A stretch of DNA of 64,000 nucleotides from positions 96,001-160,000 of IMG/VR virus record IMGVR_UViG_3300026549_000032. One strand, 5' to 3'. Below the pieces are notes generated by a model that was not told the origin of the DNA, ran no database searches, and saw only the letters and a list, made by a program, of their open reading frames with translations. This stretch comes from a virus (taxonomy: Duplodnaviria; Caudoviricetes). A program made the position numbers and the translations under genes. This document shows positions 1-9,803 of this stretch, piece after piece. The stretch's first letter is position 1. Every line of letters begins with the position of its first letter.

Positions 1-5
1 TAACA

Positions 6-215
6 TTAATTAAGTTTATAAATTTTACCACACTTGGGGCACCGATACGTTGAAATACCGAGCCCTTCTTCGTTTACATTCTGTGCAATTAAGTCGCACT
101 TAGTCTTACAATCCTCACAAAGGACAACATCTTCGCCATTCCCTCCTGCAAGGATAGCAGCGAGAGCTAGAACTACCACTGCTCCGATTAATGCTAATAC
201 TAAAGTAATAATCAT
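6..215 (-). CDS. Small membrane-anchored Zn-ribbon protein
   Basis: Hydrophobic N-terminus, CEDC...CPKC pairs, CCTTATT motif upstream (237-243). Confidence 0.6.
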   Translation of the reverse strand: MIITLVLALIGAVVVLALAAILAGGNGEDVVLCEDCKTKCDLIAQNVNEEGLGISTYRCPKCGKIYKLN

Positions 216-269
216 AAGCTTTAAGTTTTAATCATGAATAAGGACCTGGGACTTCCTTAGTAGTGAAAT

Positions 270-818
270 ATGAAAAAGATAATAGCAAAATTGATTTTAA
301 CAGTATTACGGTGGAAAATTATAGATAATGTTAAACCCACTAATCCAAGTGTGATCCTATTCGCACCCCATACATCCTTTGCTGACGGATTCTTGGGAAA
401 ACTCTTCTTCTGGGCACTCGGCCTGAAGCATAAACTGATTATGACCGACAAGTATTTCTATTGGTGGTCTGCACCTATTCTCAAGTTCTTTGGATTTGTA
501 CCCGTCGGAAGTAAGAGTAGTAGGAATGCCATCATAGACGCGGCGAAAACCATTAGGGAGGATGGAAATTCTATTCTGATATGCCCTGAGGGTCACCTTC
601 GAGCCGTGGAAGATTGGAATCCTGGAGTATACTTGATAGCAAAGAAAGCAGAATGCCCAGTAGTCTTCGCAGTTTTAGATTATAAGAATAAGCAAGGAGG
701 ATTACTCGATGTGATGGGACCCGAAGAGATAACCTGGAACGGAATAAAAGAAAAGTCTTGGGACTTATATTCCCCAATCCAAGCGAAACACCCAGAGAAA
801 TTTCTACTCCCCAAATAA
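270..818 (+). CDS. 1-acyl-sn-glycerol-3-phosphate acyltransferase family protein (PlsC-like)
   Basis: PHTSFAD (HxxxxD) and ICPEG motifs. Confidence 0.88.
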   Translation: MKKIIAKLILTVLRWKIIDNVKPTNPSVILFAPHTSFADGFLGKLFFWALGLKHKLIMTDKYFYWWSAPILKFFGFVPVGSKSSRNAIIDAAKTIREDGNSILICPEGHLRAVEDWNPGVYLIAKKAECPVVFAVLDYKNKQGGLLDVMGPEEITWNGIKEKSWDLYSPIQAKHPEKFLLPK

Positions 819-829
819 AAAGAGAACCA

Positions 830-1390
830 TTATTGGCTCTCTTCTTTTTTACTCTCCTCGATCATCTCTAGGAATTGTTTTCTACCTTCCATTCCTTTCT
901 GACCAAAGGATCCTATATATTCTTCTCCGTTTTCCATGTTTATGGCTTCGAACTTCTGTGAGATTCCTCTGAAACCGGGCCAGTCATTCCACAGGGCTAT
1001 TGGATATACAACTCTATGTTCCTCAGAGTACTTATCAAGTTGGTCTAAGAGACTCTGCTGGATATCCCTTGGCTCTGGATCAAAGTCATTCTGGTACTCA
1101 GTGTACATTTCTGACCAGAGAATTAACTCTTTGACAACCCCTAAGAAGTCAGACCAAGCTTTATGGACAACTTCAATGGGATGTTGTTTGATAGGTTCCG
1201 GGTCTAAGTTCCAGCCCTGTTCTATTGTTCTGAACTTAATCGGTTCAATAGCTTTTAGGGCTTTCTCCAGGAGCTCTTCATACTCCTTACACCACTGCTC
1301 TTCTTCGAAAAGTTCACCATCTAATGCTTGCCAGACTTGCCTCATACAGCATCTTTTCTTTTGTTGTACTGATACTTGACGAGTTGCCAC
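830..1390 (-). CDS. Hypothetical protein
   Basis: 186-aa ORF in the minus-strand run with nadE; true start may be downstream. Confidence 0.65.
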   Translation of the reverse strand: MATRQVSVQQKKRCCMRQVWQALDGELFEEEQWCKEYEELLEKALKAIEPIKFRTIEQGWNLDPEPIKQHPIEVVHKAWSDFLGVVKELILWSEMYTEYQNDFDPEPRDIQQSLLDQLDKYSEEHRVVYPIALWNDWPGFRGISQKFEAINMENGEEYIGSFGQKGMEGRKQFLEMIEESKKEESQ

Positions 1391-1836
1391 CAGAGATACT
1401 TGATATCCTCTTGTAGTTCTCTGGCTACCTTAAGCTGATGATTATCGGGGCCATAGTTAATAATGGTCTCTTTATTCTCCTCAAACTTCGCCTTATCCGC
1501 CAGTCCTTCCTTCATGAGAGACATACAGGTTGTGAGATACCTCTTACCATTGCCAGTCACCATGAGCTGCTCAATCCATTCCCATACCATCTGAGCAAGA
1601 CCATCAGTCTTAATGGCTTTTACATACTTAATCTCTAAGTACTCCTCTGGGTGACCCCAAAGTTTAATCTTGCTGTAGTACTGGTTTTCGGTTGGAGCGA
1701 TACATTTCCTTGATCGTTGGCCGACAGTTGAGCACCATTTAGTCCATAGGGCACAATGGCGACACTTTTTCTTTACGTCTTTGGCTTCTAGTAATTCAGT
1801 ATTCTCCGTTAAGTTTTCCAAGATGTTTGTTGACAT
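1342..1836 (-). CDS. Hypothetical protein
   Basis: 164-aa ORF in operon, Cys cluster CRHC..C..C. Confidence 0.65.
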   Translation of the reverse strand: MSTNILENLTENTELLEAKDVKKKCRHCALWTKWCSTVGQRSRKCIAPTENQYYSKIKLWGHPEEYLEIKYVKAIKTDGLAQMVWEWIEQLMVTGNGKRYLTTCMSLMKEGLADKAKFEENKETIINYGPDNHQLKVARELQEDIKYLWWQLVKYQYNKRKDAV

Positions 1837-1840
1837 GTCT

Positions 1841-2104
1841 TTATGCTTTTTTATGAATCGTTACTCGTCTGATTTTTAGGTTAGCATCCCACTCACACTG
1901 CGGGCACTTAAGTTTAATCATACCTTCTGTGACTTCGGCATCCTCAAGGTGCTCTAGTTTCCAAATCTGTTCGTCACTAAGGTTTGAGTCTAGAGTAATG
2001 TGAACTGGATGACCGCAAGCGGGGCAGTGATCCTTATCTTGATCATCAAAGATACGACCATCCTTTGTAGTTCCTTTGATTCGTAATAGGTCTTTAATCT
2101 CCAT
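1841..2104 (-). CDS. Small Zn-ribbon protein
   Basis: CPACG and CPQC; overlaps the nadE stop. Confidence 0.65.
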   Translation of the reverse strand: MEIKDLLRIKGTTKDGRIFDDQDKDHCPACGHPVHITLDSNLSDEQIWKLEHLEDAEVTEGMIKLKCPQCEWDANLKIRRVTIHKKA

Positions 2105-4016
2105 ATTCTTTTAATTGTTTAAACCATTCATACTGATTAGCATCACTTGGCATTCTCCAATCACCTCTTGGGCTTAAGGAGATTGAACCAATCTTAGGTC
2201 CATCAGGGAGACAGCTTCTCTTAAACTGTTGGCTGAAGAATCGATTGATAAATACTTGCAACCACTGTTTAAGGTCTGCTCTCGTATAGTCCTTACTCCA
2301 ACCTTCTCTGGTGTGCTCTGCCAGGTACATAATCTTAGCAGGACCATAACCATGACGAAGCATATTATACAGGAAGAAGTCATGGAGCTCGTAAGGACCA
2401 ATCTTATCTTCCGTTACCTGAGCGTCTTGTCCACCGGCTCCAGAACCAGTAAGCTCTGGACTAACTGGAGTGTCAAGGATATCCATGAGAGTGTCATGAA
2501 GTTCTCTATTGGATACCATAACCCAGCTAGCGTACCAGCCAATGAGCTTCTTGATGAGAGTTTTGGGAACACTAGCATTTACACCATACATACTCATGTG
2601 GTCGGCATTGTAAGTACACCAACCAAGAGCAAGTTCCGATAGGTCACCAGTTCCGATAACCAGGCCTTTCTCCTGATTAGATAGGTTCATGAGGATTTGT
2701 GTTCTACTACGTGCCTGTACATTTTCATAGGTAACATCCTGTGTGGTCAAGTCATGACTAAGGGCCTTGAGTTCAGCGGTAGCCATGTCGACGATACTTA
2801 TCTCTCTAGTGTCAATCCCAAAGGCCTTCATCAGGGCCCAAGAGTTCTTCTTCGTTCTCTCACTGGTTGCAAATCCAGGCATAGTCACGCCAATGACGTC
2901 AGAGACGGGATTCCCTAACATCTTCATAGCTTCTATGGCTACAATCAATGCCCAGGTAGAGTCTGATCCACCAGAGATACCTATGACAGGTTTCATTCTA
3001 GTGTGGTATAGTCTCTTAGCTAGGGCAGCGGACTGCATTGTCAAGATATCTTTGCAACGATCATCTAGTTCTTTGCCTGTTGGGACGAATGGTTTAGGAT
3101 TCCACTCTCTCACTGTATCACCTTCACCAATGATGGATCCTGGGATCTGCCATTTTGTCACATCTCTTGGATTATAGTCGGCCCTGAACTGACGGAATGT
3201 CGTATTGACTGCACGTTCGTTCCTGAGAGACTCTAGGTCTATGTCATTCACAACAATCTGACCACCAGTATTGGCGACTAGGGATCTGTTGTTCTGAGCC
3301 AAGAGCTTACCATTCTCAAAGATCAGGGCATTTCCCTGATAGACTAGATCTTGAGTAGATTCACCAAAACCAGAGCTAGCGTATACATAACCACAAATGT
3401 GGTCTGCACTTCTCTGACGAAGCATGGACACTAAGTACTGATGTTTGCCAATGAGCTCATTGCTTGTGGAGAGGTTGAAGATAACCTCAGCTCCAGCCTG
3501 AACCATAGTCGTACATGGCGGATAGGGAGCCCAAACGTCTTCACAAATCTCAACACCAAACTTCACGCCATCTTCTGACTCAAAGACGCGGAAGGGGAAG
3601 TTATCACGACTGAACCATCGAGGCTCATAGAACTCTTTATAACCTGGAAGATTTCTCTTACCAACGGCCTTAACGACTTCACCTTTGTAGATGACCAGGG
3701 CGGTATTGAAGATTGGTTCATTTCTGTCCGCTCTAGCAGGAGCACCAACAATAATAACCTGCTTGTGATTCTTTGTATGTTCACAGATATCTGCAACACC
3801 ATTTTCGGCAGCTTCAATGAGACATTCCTGGAAGAATAAGTCACCGCACGAATAGCCAGTTACACAGAGTTCCGGGAAAACGATTATATCAACTCCTTGT
3901 TCTTCTGACTTATCAAGGAGTTCTATTATTTTACTAACATTATAGGATACATTTCCTACAGTTACTTCTGGAATAGCTGCTGCTACTCTTAATAATTTTG
4001 CTTGTTTCCTGTTCAT
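2094..4016 (-). CDS. nadE: Glutamine-dependent NAD+ synthetase
   Basis: Nitrilase-type glutaminase triad (VFPEL, KRNLP, EICEDVW) fused to synthetase domain (GISGGSDS, ENVQAR, GTGDLSE, QQFKRSCLPDGPK, SPRGDWRMPSD). Confidence 0.97.
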   Translation of the reverse strand: MNRKQAKLLRVAAAIPEVTVGNVSYNVSKIIELLDKSEEQGVDIIVFPELCVTGYSCGDLFFQECLIEAAENGVADICEHTKNHKQVIIVGAPARADRNEPIFNTALVIYKGEVVKAVGKRNLPGYKEFYEPRWFSRDNFPFRVFESEDGVKFGVEICEDVWAPYPPCTTMVQAGAEVIFNLSTSNELIGKHQYLVSMLRQRSADHICGYVYASSGFGESTQDLVYQGNALIFENGKLLAQNNRSLVANTGGQIVVNDIDLESLRNERAVNTTFRQFRADYNPRDVTKWQIPGSIIGEGDTVREWNPKPFVPTGKELDDRCKDILTMQSAALAKRLYHTRMKPVIGISGGSDSTWALIVAIEAMKMLGNPVSDVIGVTMPGFATSERTKKNSWALMKAFGIDTREISIVDMATAELKALSHDLTTQDVTYENVQARSRTQILMNLSNQEKGLVIGTGDLSELALGWCTYNADHMSMYGVNASVPKTLIKKLIGWYASWVMVSNRELHDTLMDILDTPVSPELTGSGAGGQDAQVTEDKIGPYELHDFFLYNMLRHGYGPAKIMYLAEHTREGWSKDYTRADLKQWLQVFINRFFSQQFKRSCLPDGPKIGSISLSPRGDWRMPSDANQYEWFKQLKEYGD

Positions 4017-4065
4017 GTTTGTTTCGTTATAATAATCACCAATAAGGCTTACACCTTAAAGATGT

Positions 4066-4449
4066 ATGAACGAGAAATTAGTACTTTTATCAAAAAAATA
4101 TATACCGTCCTTCGATACCGTCGACAAGATTATCGAGAGCTATGATATAAGAAGCAAAGTCGTAAAGGAGGTTGCCGAGAAGATGGTTAGAGATGTCTTG
4201 GATGAAGAGATCCTTAGGACAACGCCAATCTATTTCCACCACTTCTATTGTGGAGAATGGAGAAACCCTCTAACGAGCCGTGCTTTTGATATAGGAGGTG
4301 CAGTATTTAGGGTAGCCGGGGTAATGTTCACTTTGAATAGACTTTTTGGTCCGAATCAAAAGCCTGTGTACGATATTATAGTGGGTGATAGCTTAGAAGA
4401 AGAGATAGAAGGAGACGTTATAAGAAAGAAAATAAAAAGAGAGGGTTAG
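4066..4449 (+). CDS. Hypothetical protein
   Basis: 127-aa ORF between a CCTTAAA motif and a terminator. Confidence 0.65.
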   Translation: MNEKLVLLSKKYIPSFDTVDKIIESYDIRSKVVKEVAEKMVRDVLDEEILRTTPIYFHHFYCGEWRNPLTSRAFDIGGAVFRVAGVMFTLNRLFGPNQKPVYDIIVGDSLEEEIEGDVIRKKIKREG

Positions 4450-4462
4450 CTCTCTTTCTTTT
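4431..4462. terminator. Bidirectional intrinsic terminator
   Basis: aaaaagagag-ggttag-ctctctttctttt hairpin with A/T tracts between convergent genes. Confidence 0.65.
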
Positions 4463-4794
4463 TACCAGGATTCAATGAAAGTGAAGACATAGGCTGGATT
4501 ACTGTTATCGTCAGATCCCCTATAGTCATCTATGTAGTAAGACTTCTTTGGGATATATCCTGAGTCCATAGGTTCAATCCTATAGCCAACCATTCCCCTA
4601 TCTCTGACTATTTCAACTAAGCGAAATCCTTTTGGCAGTCTAATTATTGCTTTCTGCCTAGAATCCTTTGTAATTTCAGCTGTATAGTCTTCTAGGGCTA
4701 CTGTATTTTCTACCGTTTCAATCTTTGTCTCACACCCTAGAAAGAGAGTGAGGATCAAGAATAAACTACCAACTTTCGATAATTTCTTTAACAT
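4462..4794 (-). CDS. Putative lipoprotein (paralog 1)
   Basis: Signal peptide with LFLGC lipobox; shares LPKGFR, MDSGYxPKKS and terminal IESW with its neighbour. Confidence 0.75.
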   Translation of the reverse strand: MLKKLSKVGSLFLILTLFLGCETKIETVENTVALEDYTAEITKDSRQKAIIRLPKGFRLVEIVRDRGMVGYRIEPMDSGYIPKKSYYIDDYRGSDDNSNPAYVFTFIESW

Positions 4795-5080
4795 ATGTAT
4801 GTTCTGTATCATTGTACCTCTGATATATTATACTTTTCTTAGGGACATAACCAGAATCCATTTCTGTCATAGCAATAATGATGGCACAGCCACTTTCTTT
4901 GCTAAATCCAGAAAACCGGAATCCTTTGGGAAGATATATAGTCTCTTTCTCACAGCTCCCCGGTGGGGTGTTTCCAGTGTAATCCTCTATAATAGTTTCT
5001 ACTGGTTTGGGTACGTCATTAGGTTCATAACACCCAACAAATAATGTTGCTATTAAAATTGCAAATACTGTTTTCTTCAT
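4766..5080 (-). CDS. Putative lipoprotein (paralog 2)
   Basis: MKKTVFAILIATLFVGC lipobox; start placed at ATG 5080 just after a CCTTAC motif. Confidence 0.75.
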   Translation of the reverse strand: MKKTVFAILIATLFVGCYEPNDVPKPVETIIEDYTGNTPPGSCEKETIYLPKGFRFSGFSKESGCAIIIAMTEMDSGYVPKKSIIYQRYNDTEHTYVKEIIESW

Positions 5081-5132
5081 ATCATAAGTAAGGTATTCCT
5101 TATTCATGATAAAACAAAAAAGGAAGAAAATT

Positions 5133-5774
5133 ATGAAATACATTAGTGCAAGTGGCTATCAAAGATTTATAGGATTATGTAATAAGAAAGGCCACAAATT
5201 TAAAACAAATAAGTTTGGAGTAACCTGGTGTGTTAGGTGTGGAGCAGTAGGTCCTTGGACTATTGATGATCCCATCACAGAGGATGATCGTTTCATAGTA
5301 GTTCCCGACGAAGATCCTCGCCTTGGTCTTATTCCAGGTCGAGTAGTGGGAGTGGATGTAGATGCTACTATATTTCAGGATGAGTTTCCGCAGTGTGGTG
5401 ATCCAGTTCCTGGTGCCATCGAGGTTCTTAAGGAGCTTCAAAAGTACCATCAGAAGATTCTTCTCCATACTATGCGAGAACACGAACCATTCGGGAATTG
5501 TCCTGATGTCCTGCAAGTTGCCTTAGACAGACTGGCGGCAGAGGGAATTGAGATATATGCAGTAAACGAGTTCCCTCGTGTTGATAATCCCTATTATCCA
5601 AGCAGGAAGACATATGCTGACGTATACATAGACGATCATAACGTGGGAATACCACTCATCGACTATGTCAACTCTAAAGGTGAACACTCTCCTTACGTAG
5701 ATTGGAGAGCTATTGATAAGTGGTTTGTTGACAATAAATACTACCCAGCCTGTGTTTTGGAAGCCGGACAATAA
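5133..5774 (+). CDS. HAD-superfamily phosphatase with N-terminal Cys/His element
   Basis: VGVDVDATIF (DxD) and ADVYIDDHN motifs. Confidence 0.8.
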   Translation: MKYISASGYQRFIGLCNKKGHKFKTNKFGVTWCVRCGAVGPWTIDDPITEDDRFIVVPDEDPRLGLIPGRVVGVDVDATIFQDEFPQCGDPVPGAIEVLKELQKYHQKILLHTMREHEPFGNCPDVLQVALDRLAAEGIEIYAVNEFPRVDNPYYPSRKTYADVYIDDHNVGIPLIDYVNSKGEHSPYVDWRAIDKWFVDNKYYPACVLEAGQ

Positions 5775-6291
5775 CTATTTCTTATGGTTCTTAATACATA
5801 ACGACTTTTTTGGTGGGTGGACATATTACTATCTCTTCCCAACCTATCTCCTACTCCCAGAGGACAAGAATATTCTTGATATCCCACACTTCTTGACAGA
5901 GGAGAGTGTGAACAAAGTTAAGAGTTGGGGAAAAGGAACACACGAAGTACCAGTCTGGCTTGAGGCTCATGGTACAACTACTTTCGAGAAGAAAAGGAAG
6001 AAGTGGGCACCAAAACTAGAAAGCATCCTAGAGAATGTAAACTATGAACAAAGATGTTCGGTTGTTAGGTCTAGGCAATCTCTAAGCCCCGATCTCTGCA
6101 TAAAGATAGTATCAAAAGAGATAAACCTCTGGCGAGGACATGGAGGAGACTGTGTTGTTGATGCTGGTAAAGTAAAAGCACCAGACGATTGGAAGTACGT
6201 GGAGATGGTAGGAGATCCAGAACACTTCCCAAACGATTACCTACAATATTTACTAAGAGATGGAAAAAGATTTGGAGAAACTGAAGCTTAG
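5713..6291 (+). CDS. Hypothetical protein
   Basis: 192-aa ORF overlapping neighbours. Confidence 0.55.
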   Translation: MISGLLTINTTQPVFWKPDNNYFLWFLIHNDFFGGWTYYYLFPTYLLLPEDKNILDIPHFLTEESVNKVKSWGKGTHEVPVWLEAHGTTTFEKKRKKWAPKLESILENVNYEQRCSVVRSRQSLSPDLCIKIVSKEINLWRGHGGDCVVDAGKVKAPDDWKYVEMVGDPEHFPNDYLQYLLRDGKRFGETEA

Positions 6292-6529
6292 AATAACTTA
6301 TGCTATGTGGCGTGAGTATGCTAGGAAGATAACAGCCGTAACCCAGGACATAGAACAAAAGAAAACATCTGCCAGGACTAAAGAAGACTTTGCAGCTAAA
6401 GAGGCGTGGAGAGAAATCAAGCACCTCAAAGAAGTTCGTGTTTATTATGGGAAGAGGGCTAAAAAATATAAGAAAGATTTTAGATCCATGAATAGGGCCT
6501 ATTCGATGAAAAAGAAAGGAGAGAATTAA
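6260..6529 (+). CDS. Hypothetical basic protein
   Basis: 89-aa ORF ending at a terminator hairpin. Confidence 0.6.
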   Translation: MEKDLEKLKLRITYAMWREYARKITAVTQDIEQKKTSARTKEDFAAKEAWREIKHLKEVRVYYGKRAKKYKKDFRSMNRAYSMKKKGEN

Positions 6530-6567
6530 CTCTCCCTCTTTTTTTTCGGAACCTCATTACAGAGGTG

Positions 6568-7071
6568 TTACTTTATTATAAACTCTTCTTTGCCGTTTAG
6601 CCACTTGTTACGATAGTTCTTCTTGTAACGAAGACACTTAATGACCTCCTTGAAGTGACTCAGTTCTTCTGTCGGGAACTTAACACGTACGCTCAGGCTA
6701 GACTTCGTAAGCATCATCTTCACGTCATCGCCCAGAGTATAATATTGTCTTGTCTTAGCCGCCTTTTCACCTCTCCCTGAGCGTGTGGCAGTTAATCCAA
6801 TGACATCGCCATCTAATTCATTAACGTCATCAAAACCATGACCAATCAGGTAATCCGAAATCTCTTTCTGTGCTTCTTCTGACCTAACATGAATAGTAAC
6901 TATGCACAGATTGGAATCCAAGGATAGCTGGAATAGTCGCCTGAGATCTTTCTGATTGATGTCTTGATCGTTTTGGTAATGTAGGAATGGGTACACCTCT
7001 ATGAGGCCGAATTCTTGTTTTTCTCCATTAACTGGATTGTCGATTTTTAATAAGTTCTCCATATGTTTCAA
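6568..7071 (-). CDS. Hypothetical protein
   Basis: 167-aa ORF with promoter-like motif upstream. Confidence 0.65.
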   Translation of the reverse strand: MKHMENLLKIDNPVNGEKQEFGLIEVYPFLHYQNDQDINQKDLRRLFQLSLDSNLCIVTIHVRSEEAQKEISDYLIGHGFDDVNELDGDVIGLTATRSGRGEKAAKTRQYYTLGDDVKMMLTKSSLSVRVKFPTEELSHFKEVIKCLRYKKNYRNKWLNGKEEFIIK

Positions 7072-7153
7072 ATATTTTATGTTTGTACATACATAAGAAT
7101 TTCAATTAAACTCTTATTAATGTCATAGGACTAATTCCTTGACTAATTAAAAC

Positions 7154-7627
7154 ATGATTAGTAACAAAATTGACGAATTAATTTCGGAAGCACGTAGTTC
7201 TAAGGATAGAGAACTACTGAAAGTATTAACCCTGATCAAGGCGGAACTTCAGAAAGCAAAGACCGCTAAGAACAGGAAAGCTACTGGTGAACTGACGGAG
7301 GTAGAAGAGGCAAAGACTCTCATCGCCATGGTAGAACAAAGAAAAGGTTCTATCGACGAATATATAAAGGGCAAGCGAGAGGACTTAGCACAGGCTGAAC
7401 AGAAAGAGATTGATATTATTCAGCCCTACATTCCAGAGCTTCCCACCGAAGAAGAACTTAAGGAGTATATTGCCGGAGCAATAACCGCCTACAAGACAAC
7501 GAAAGAGGATGGTTATGCACTAAGTATGAAGGATATGAAACCCTTGATTGAGATTGTTCAGGGTAAATATCCTACGGCTCCAGGTAAGTTAATCAGTAGT
7601 ACACTTCAAGGAATCCTAAGAGGATGA
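7154..7627 (+). CDS. GatB/YqeY domain protein
   Basis: Typical YqeY pattern (QRKGSIDEY..GKREDLA..E..EI.II..YIP; MKDMK). Confidence 0.9.
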   Translation: MISNKIDELISEARSSKDRELLKVLTLIKAELQKAKTAKNRKATGELTEVEEAKTLIAMVEQRKGSIDEYIKGKREDLAQAEQKEIDIIQPYIPELPTEEELKEYIAGAITAYKTTKEDGYALSMKDMKPLIEIVQGKYPTAPGKLISSTLQGILRG

Positions 7628-8172
7628 AACCGCTTATTGCTAATCAGTATTGCCCAGAGTTCCTAGAGAAATGGGAATCTCTTCGGGAATGGATTAACCA
7701 GACTCGTTCTAAGACTTGGCAAGGATTCTTCTTTGGCCTAGACTTAGTCGGAACGGTTGTGTTTGCCGTAATAAGTACGGTTGGTGTTTTTGGTGTTTTC
7801 GGAGAGCCCCTAAAGTGGTTTGGTATTCTCAATCTTCTGAGAGTGACAATAAGTCTCGTCATGATAGGAGTAGTATCAAGTCAGGTACTAGATCGAGGAC
7901 GAATACCTCTCGCACAAGGACCAAGCAACGTTACACAGGTCTTATATTGGATCCTGTATATGTCCTCTCATGCAGCACTTATCATGATTGCAGAGGGTGG
8001 TCTTTGGTCACAGATGACTATAGGGGCTAGGTGGCTTATCTTTGGATTATTCTTATCCAAGATTATCAACTTGAACCATACCAAAGACTTTGACCTACAG
8101 GGTGCTTTCATAGGAGCACCAAAGTTTCTCTTAAAGGATATTCCTGAGTGGATTAAGAGCCGAGTTTCATAA
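7624..8172 (+). CDS. Multi-pass membrane protein
   Basis: About four hydrophobic segments; ATGA overlap with yqeY. Confidence 0.65.
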   Translation: MKPLIANQYCPEFLEKWESLREWINQTRSKTWQGFFFGLDLVGTVVFAVISTVGVFGVFGEPLKWFGILNLLRVTISLVMIGVVSSQVLDRGRIPLAQGPSNVTQVLYWILYMSSHAALIMIAEGGLWSQMTIGARWLIFGLFLSKIINLNHTKDFDLQGAFIGAPKFLLKDIPEWIKSRVS

Positions 8173-8209
8173 AGCTCGGTTTTTATTTTCGAACCCCTTA
8201 TTAACAGAT

Positions 8210-8557
8210 ATGAACGAAATAAAACTACACGAACTAGTAGCAAACGTATTTAGGGATTACCCATATAATGCGTGTTTATATATAGGAAAATATAGATTTA
8301 AGGCGGAAGGAGAGACAACTCCAGAGGTAGATGTATGTTTCCCATGGGAAGCGACTGACGTGGAGGATATTCCCTTCTCCGTCTATAGTAGAGGACCAAT
8401 TATCACTGGTAAACCAAAGGAGAGCATAGACAAGTTGCTTATGTTCTTCTTGGATGATAGTCCGACGAACTATTTCACAGTAGTTCATAGAGAGCCCGGC
8501 AAAGACTACTACATGTACATAGATAGACATTCAGATATATACGTAACAAAAGTATGA
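8210..8557 (+). CDS. Hypothetical protein, first gene of the TNSS/radical SAM operon
   Basis: CCTTATT at 8196-8202; ATGA coupling to next gene. Confidence 0.7.
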   Translation: MNEIKLHELVANVFRDYPYNACLYIGKYRFKAEGETTPEVDVCFPWEATDVEDIPFSVYSRGPIITGKPKESIDKLLMFFLDDSPTNYFTVVHREPGKDYYMYIDRHSDIYVTKV

Positions 8558-9123
8558 TCAAGGTTAAAAGTATAACTGACGTTATTACTAACTCAAGCAC
8601 AGAAGTATTTGTATTGAAATTAACAAGTAAAGAAGTTGAATGGCTTGAGAATAAAAGAATAACGTACGCCAGAGAAGCTCTGAAAGCTAACAAGGAAAAT
8701 AAAACTTGGATGAGAAGCTTGAGTGAGAAAGAGAGAAAAGAGTATACTTCCCTCGACTTTCTCCTTGAAGAGGTTGACGAATGTAAGGTTGTCTTAGCTC
8801 CCTGCTTCACTAGGGAAGGTCTCTTGTGGGGCTTGGGCAATAAAGAAGATAGAAAGAGATTCTGGGTTAATGATGACTGGGAGTATATCAGAAAAATTAT
8901 AGGCGGTAAAGCCATCGAAGAGACAGACGAGGATCCAGATTTTAGGTCATTTAATAAATGGTTGGCAAATAATATAGACTGGATCTCCGAGAAGATGAAG
9001 GATGTCTGGCTCATGGAAGTCTGTAACTATGACGAGAAAATCTATGAGAAGCTAGATCTCTATGCTCACATGGATAACCTACCCAAAGATGGTAAAGTTT
9101 TGTTTTATGAATGTAGGCATTAA
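8554..9123 (+). CDS. TNSS-motif protein 1
   Basis: N-terminus MIKVKSITDVITNSSTEVFV. Confidence 0.8.
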   Translation: MIKVKSITDVITNSSTEVFVLKLTSKEVEWLENKRITYAREALKANKENKTWMRSLSEKERKEYTSLDFLLEEVDECKVVLAPCFTREGLLWGLGNKEDRKRFWVNDDWEYIRKIIGGKAIEETDEDPDFRSFNKWLANNIDWISEKMKDVWLMEVCNYDEKIYEKLDLYAHMDNLPKDGKVLFYECRH

Positions 9124-9526
9124 GAGTATCACCGACGTCATAACTAACTCAAGTACAGAAGTATTTGTAGTTAAGAAAAGAGGTAAACAAGTAGCTGAGA
9201 ATGGTTACTTCTCTGGAATAAACACACCACAATCTGTTAACTGGGAACCCAAGGAGATAACTTGGAAGTGGTTAAGGTCTAATCAAGGGAAGTCTGAATG
9301 GATGATGATATGTGACCTGGTTGACAAACCCTACACTGAGCTATCAACTTCTGGGGATGAACCTGATTGGGGTAGGTGGAACGACTGGGTTACTCTTCAC
9401 AAACATAGAATCCAAGATAGAGCTATTGGCTTATGGTTCCTAACAATCCGAGATGGCTTTGGTGGATTCTTAGACATGGTAAAGGATATAAAAGATTACA
9501 TTGTCTGGCATGAAAATAGGCATTAA
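9107..9526 (+). CDS. TNSS-motif protein 2
   Basis: Start moved to ATG 9107: MNVGIKSITDVITNSSTEVFV. Confidence 0.8.
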   Translation: MNVGIKSITDVITNSSTEVFVVKKRGKQVAENGYFSGINTPQSVNWEPKEITWKWLRSNQGKSEWMMICDLVDKPYTELSTSGDEPDWGRWNDWVTLHKHRIQDRAIGLWFLTIRDGFGGFLDMVKDIKDYIVWHENRH

Positions 9527-9803
9527 GAGTAGGACAGATATAATAACCAATTCTAGTACGGAGGTTTATGAGATCATCATTAATGGATCTCCTAAGAGAG
9601 TTGAAGAGGTACTTCAAGGAATCTTAGACACCTTAGATTGGGTTGGACATGACACAGCTAGAGTGACCACTGAAGATAATGTTATAACTTTAACTGGTAT
9701 TGAAGACAACTCGATCCCATTCCCCTTGATAAACTTATTAGAGAAAGGAAAGTTTAAAGAGTGGTTTGATGAAATTAGTGAAATTAAAAATAGAAGAATA
9801 TGA
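9510..9803 (+). CDS. TNSS-motif protein 3
   Basis: Start at ATG 9510: MKIGIKSRTDIITNSSTEVYE. Confidence 0.8.
   Translation: MKIGIKSRTDIITNSSTEVYEIIINGSPKRVEEVLQGILDTLDWVGHDTARVTTEDNVITLTGIEDNSIPFPLINLLEKGKFKEWFDEISEIKNRRI

Noticed and set aside
9107-9526. Shared C-terminal E-x-R-H of TNSS proteins 1 and 2 as a functional motif
   Set aside because: It is encoded by the same nucleotides as the conserved GIKS start of the next overlapping gene, so it may be a by-product of the overlap.
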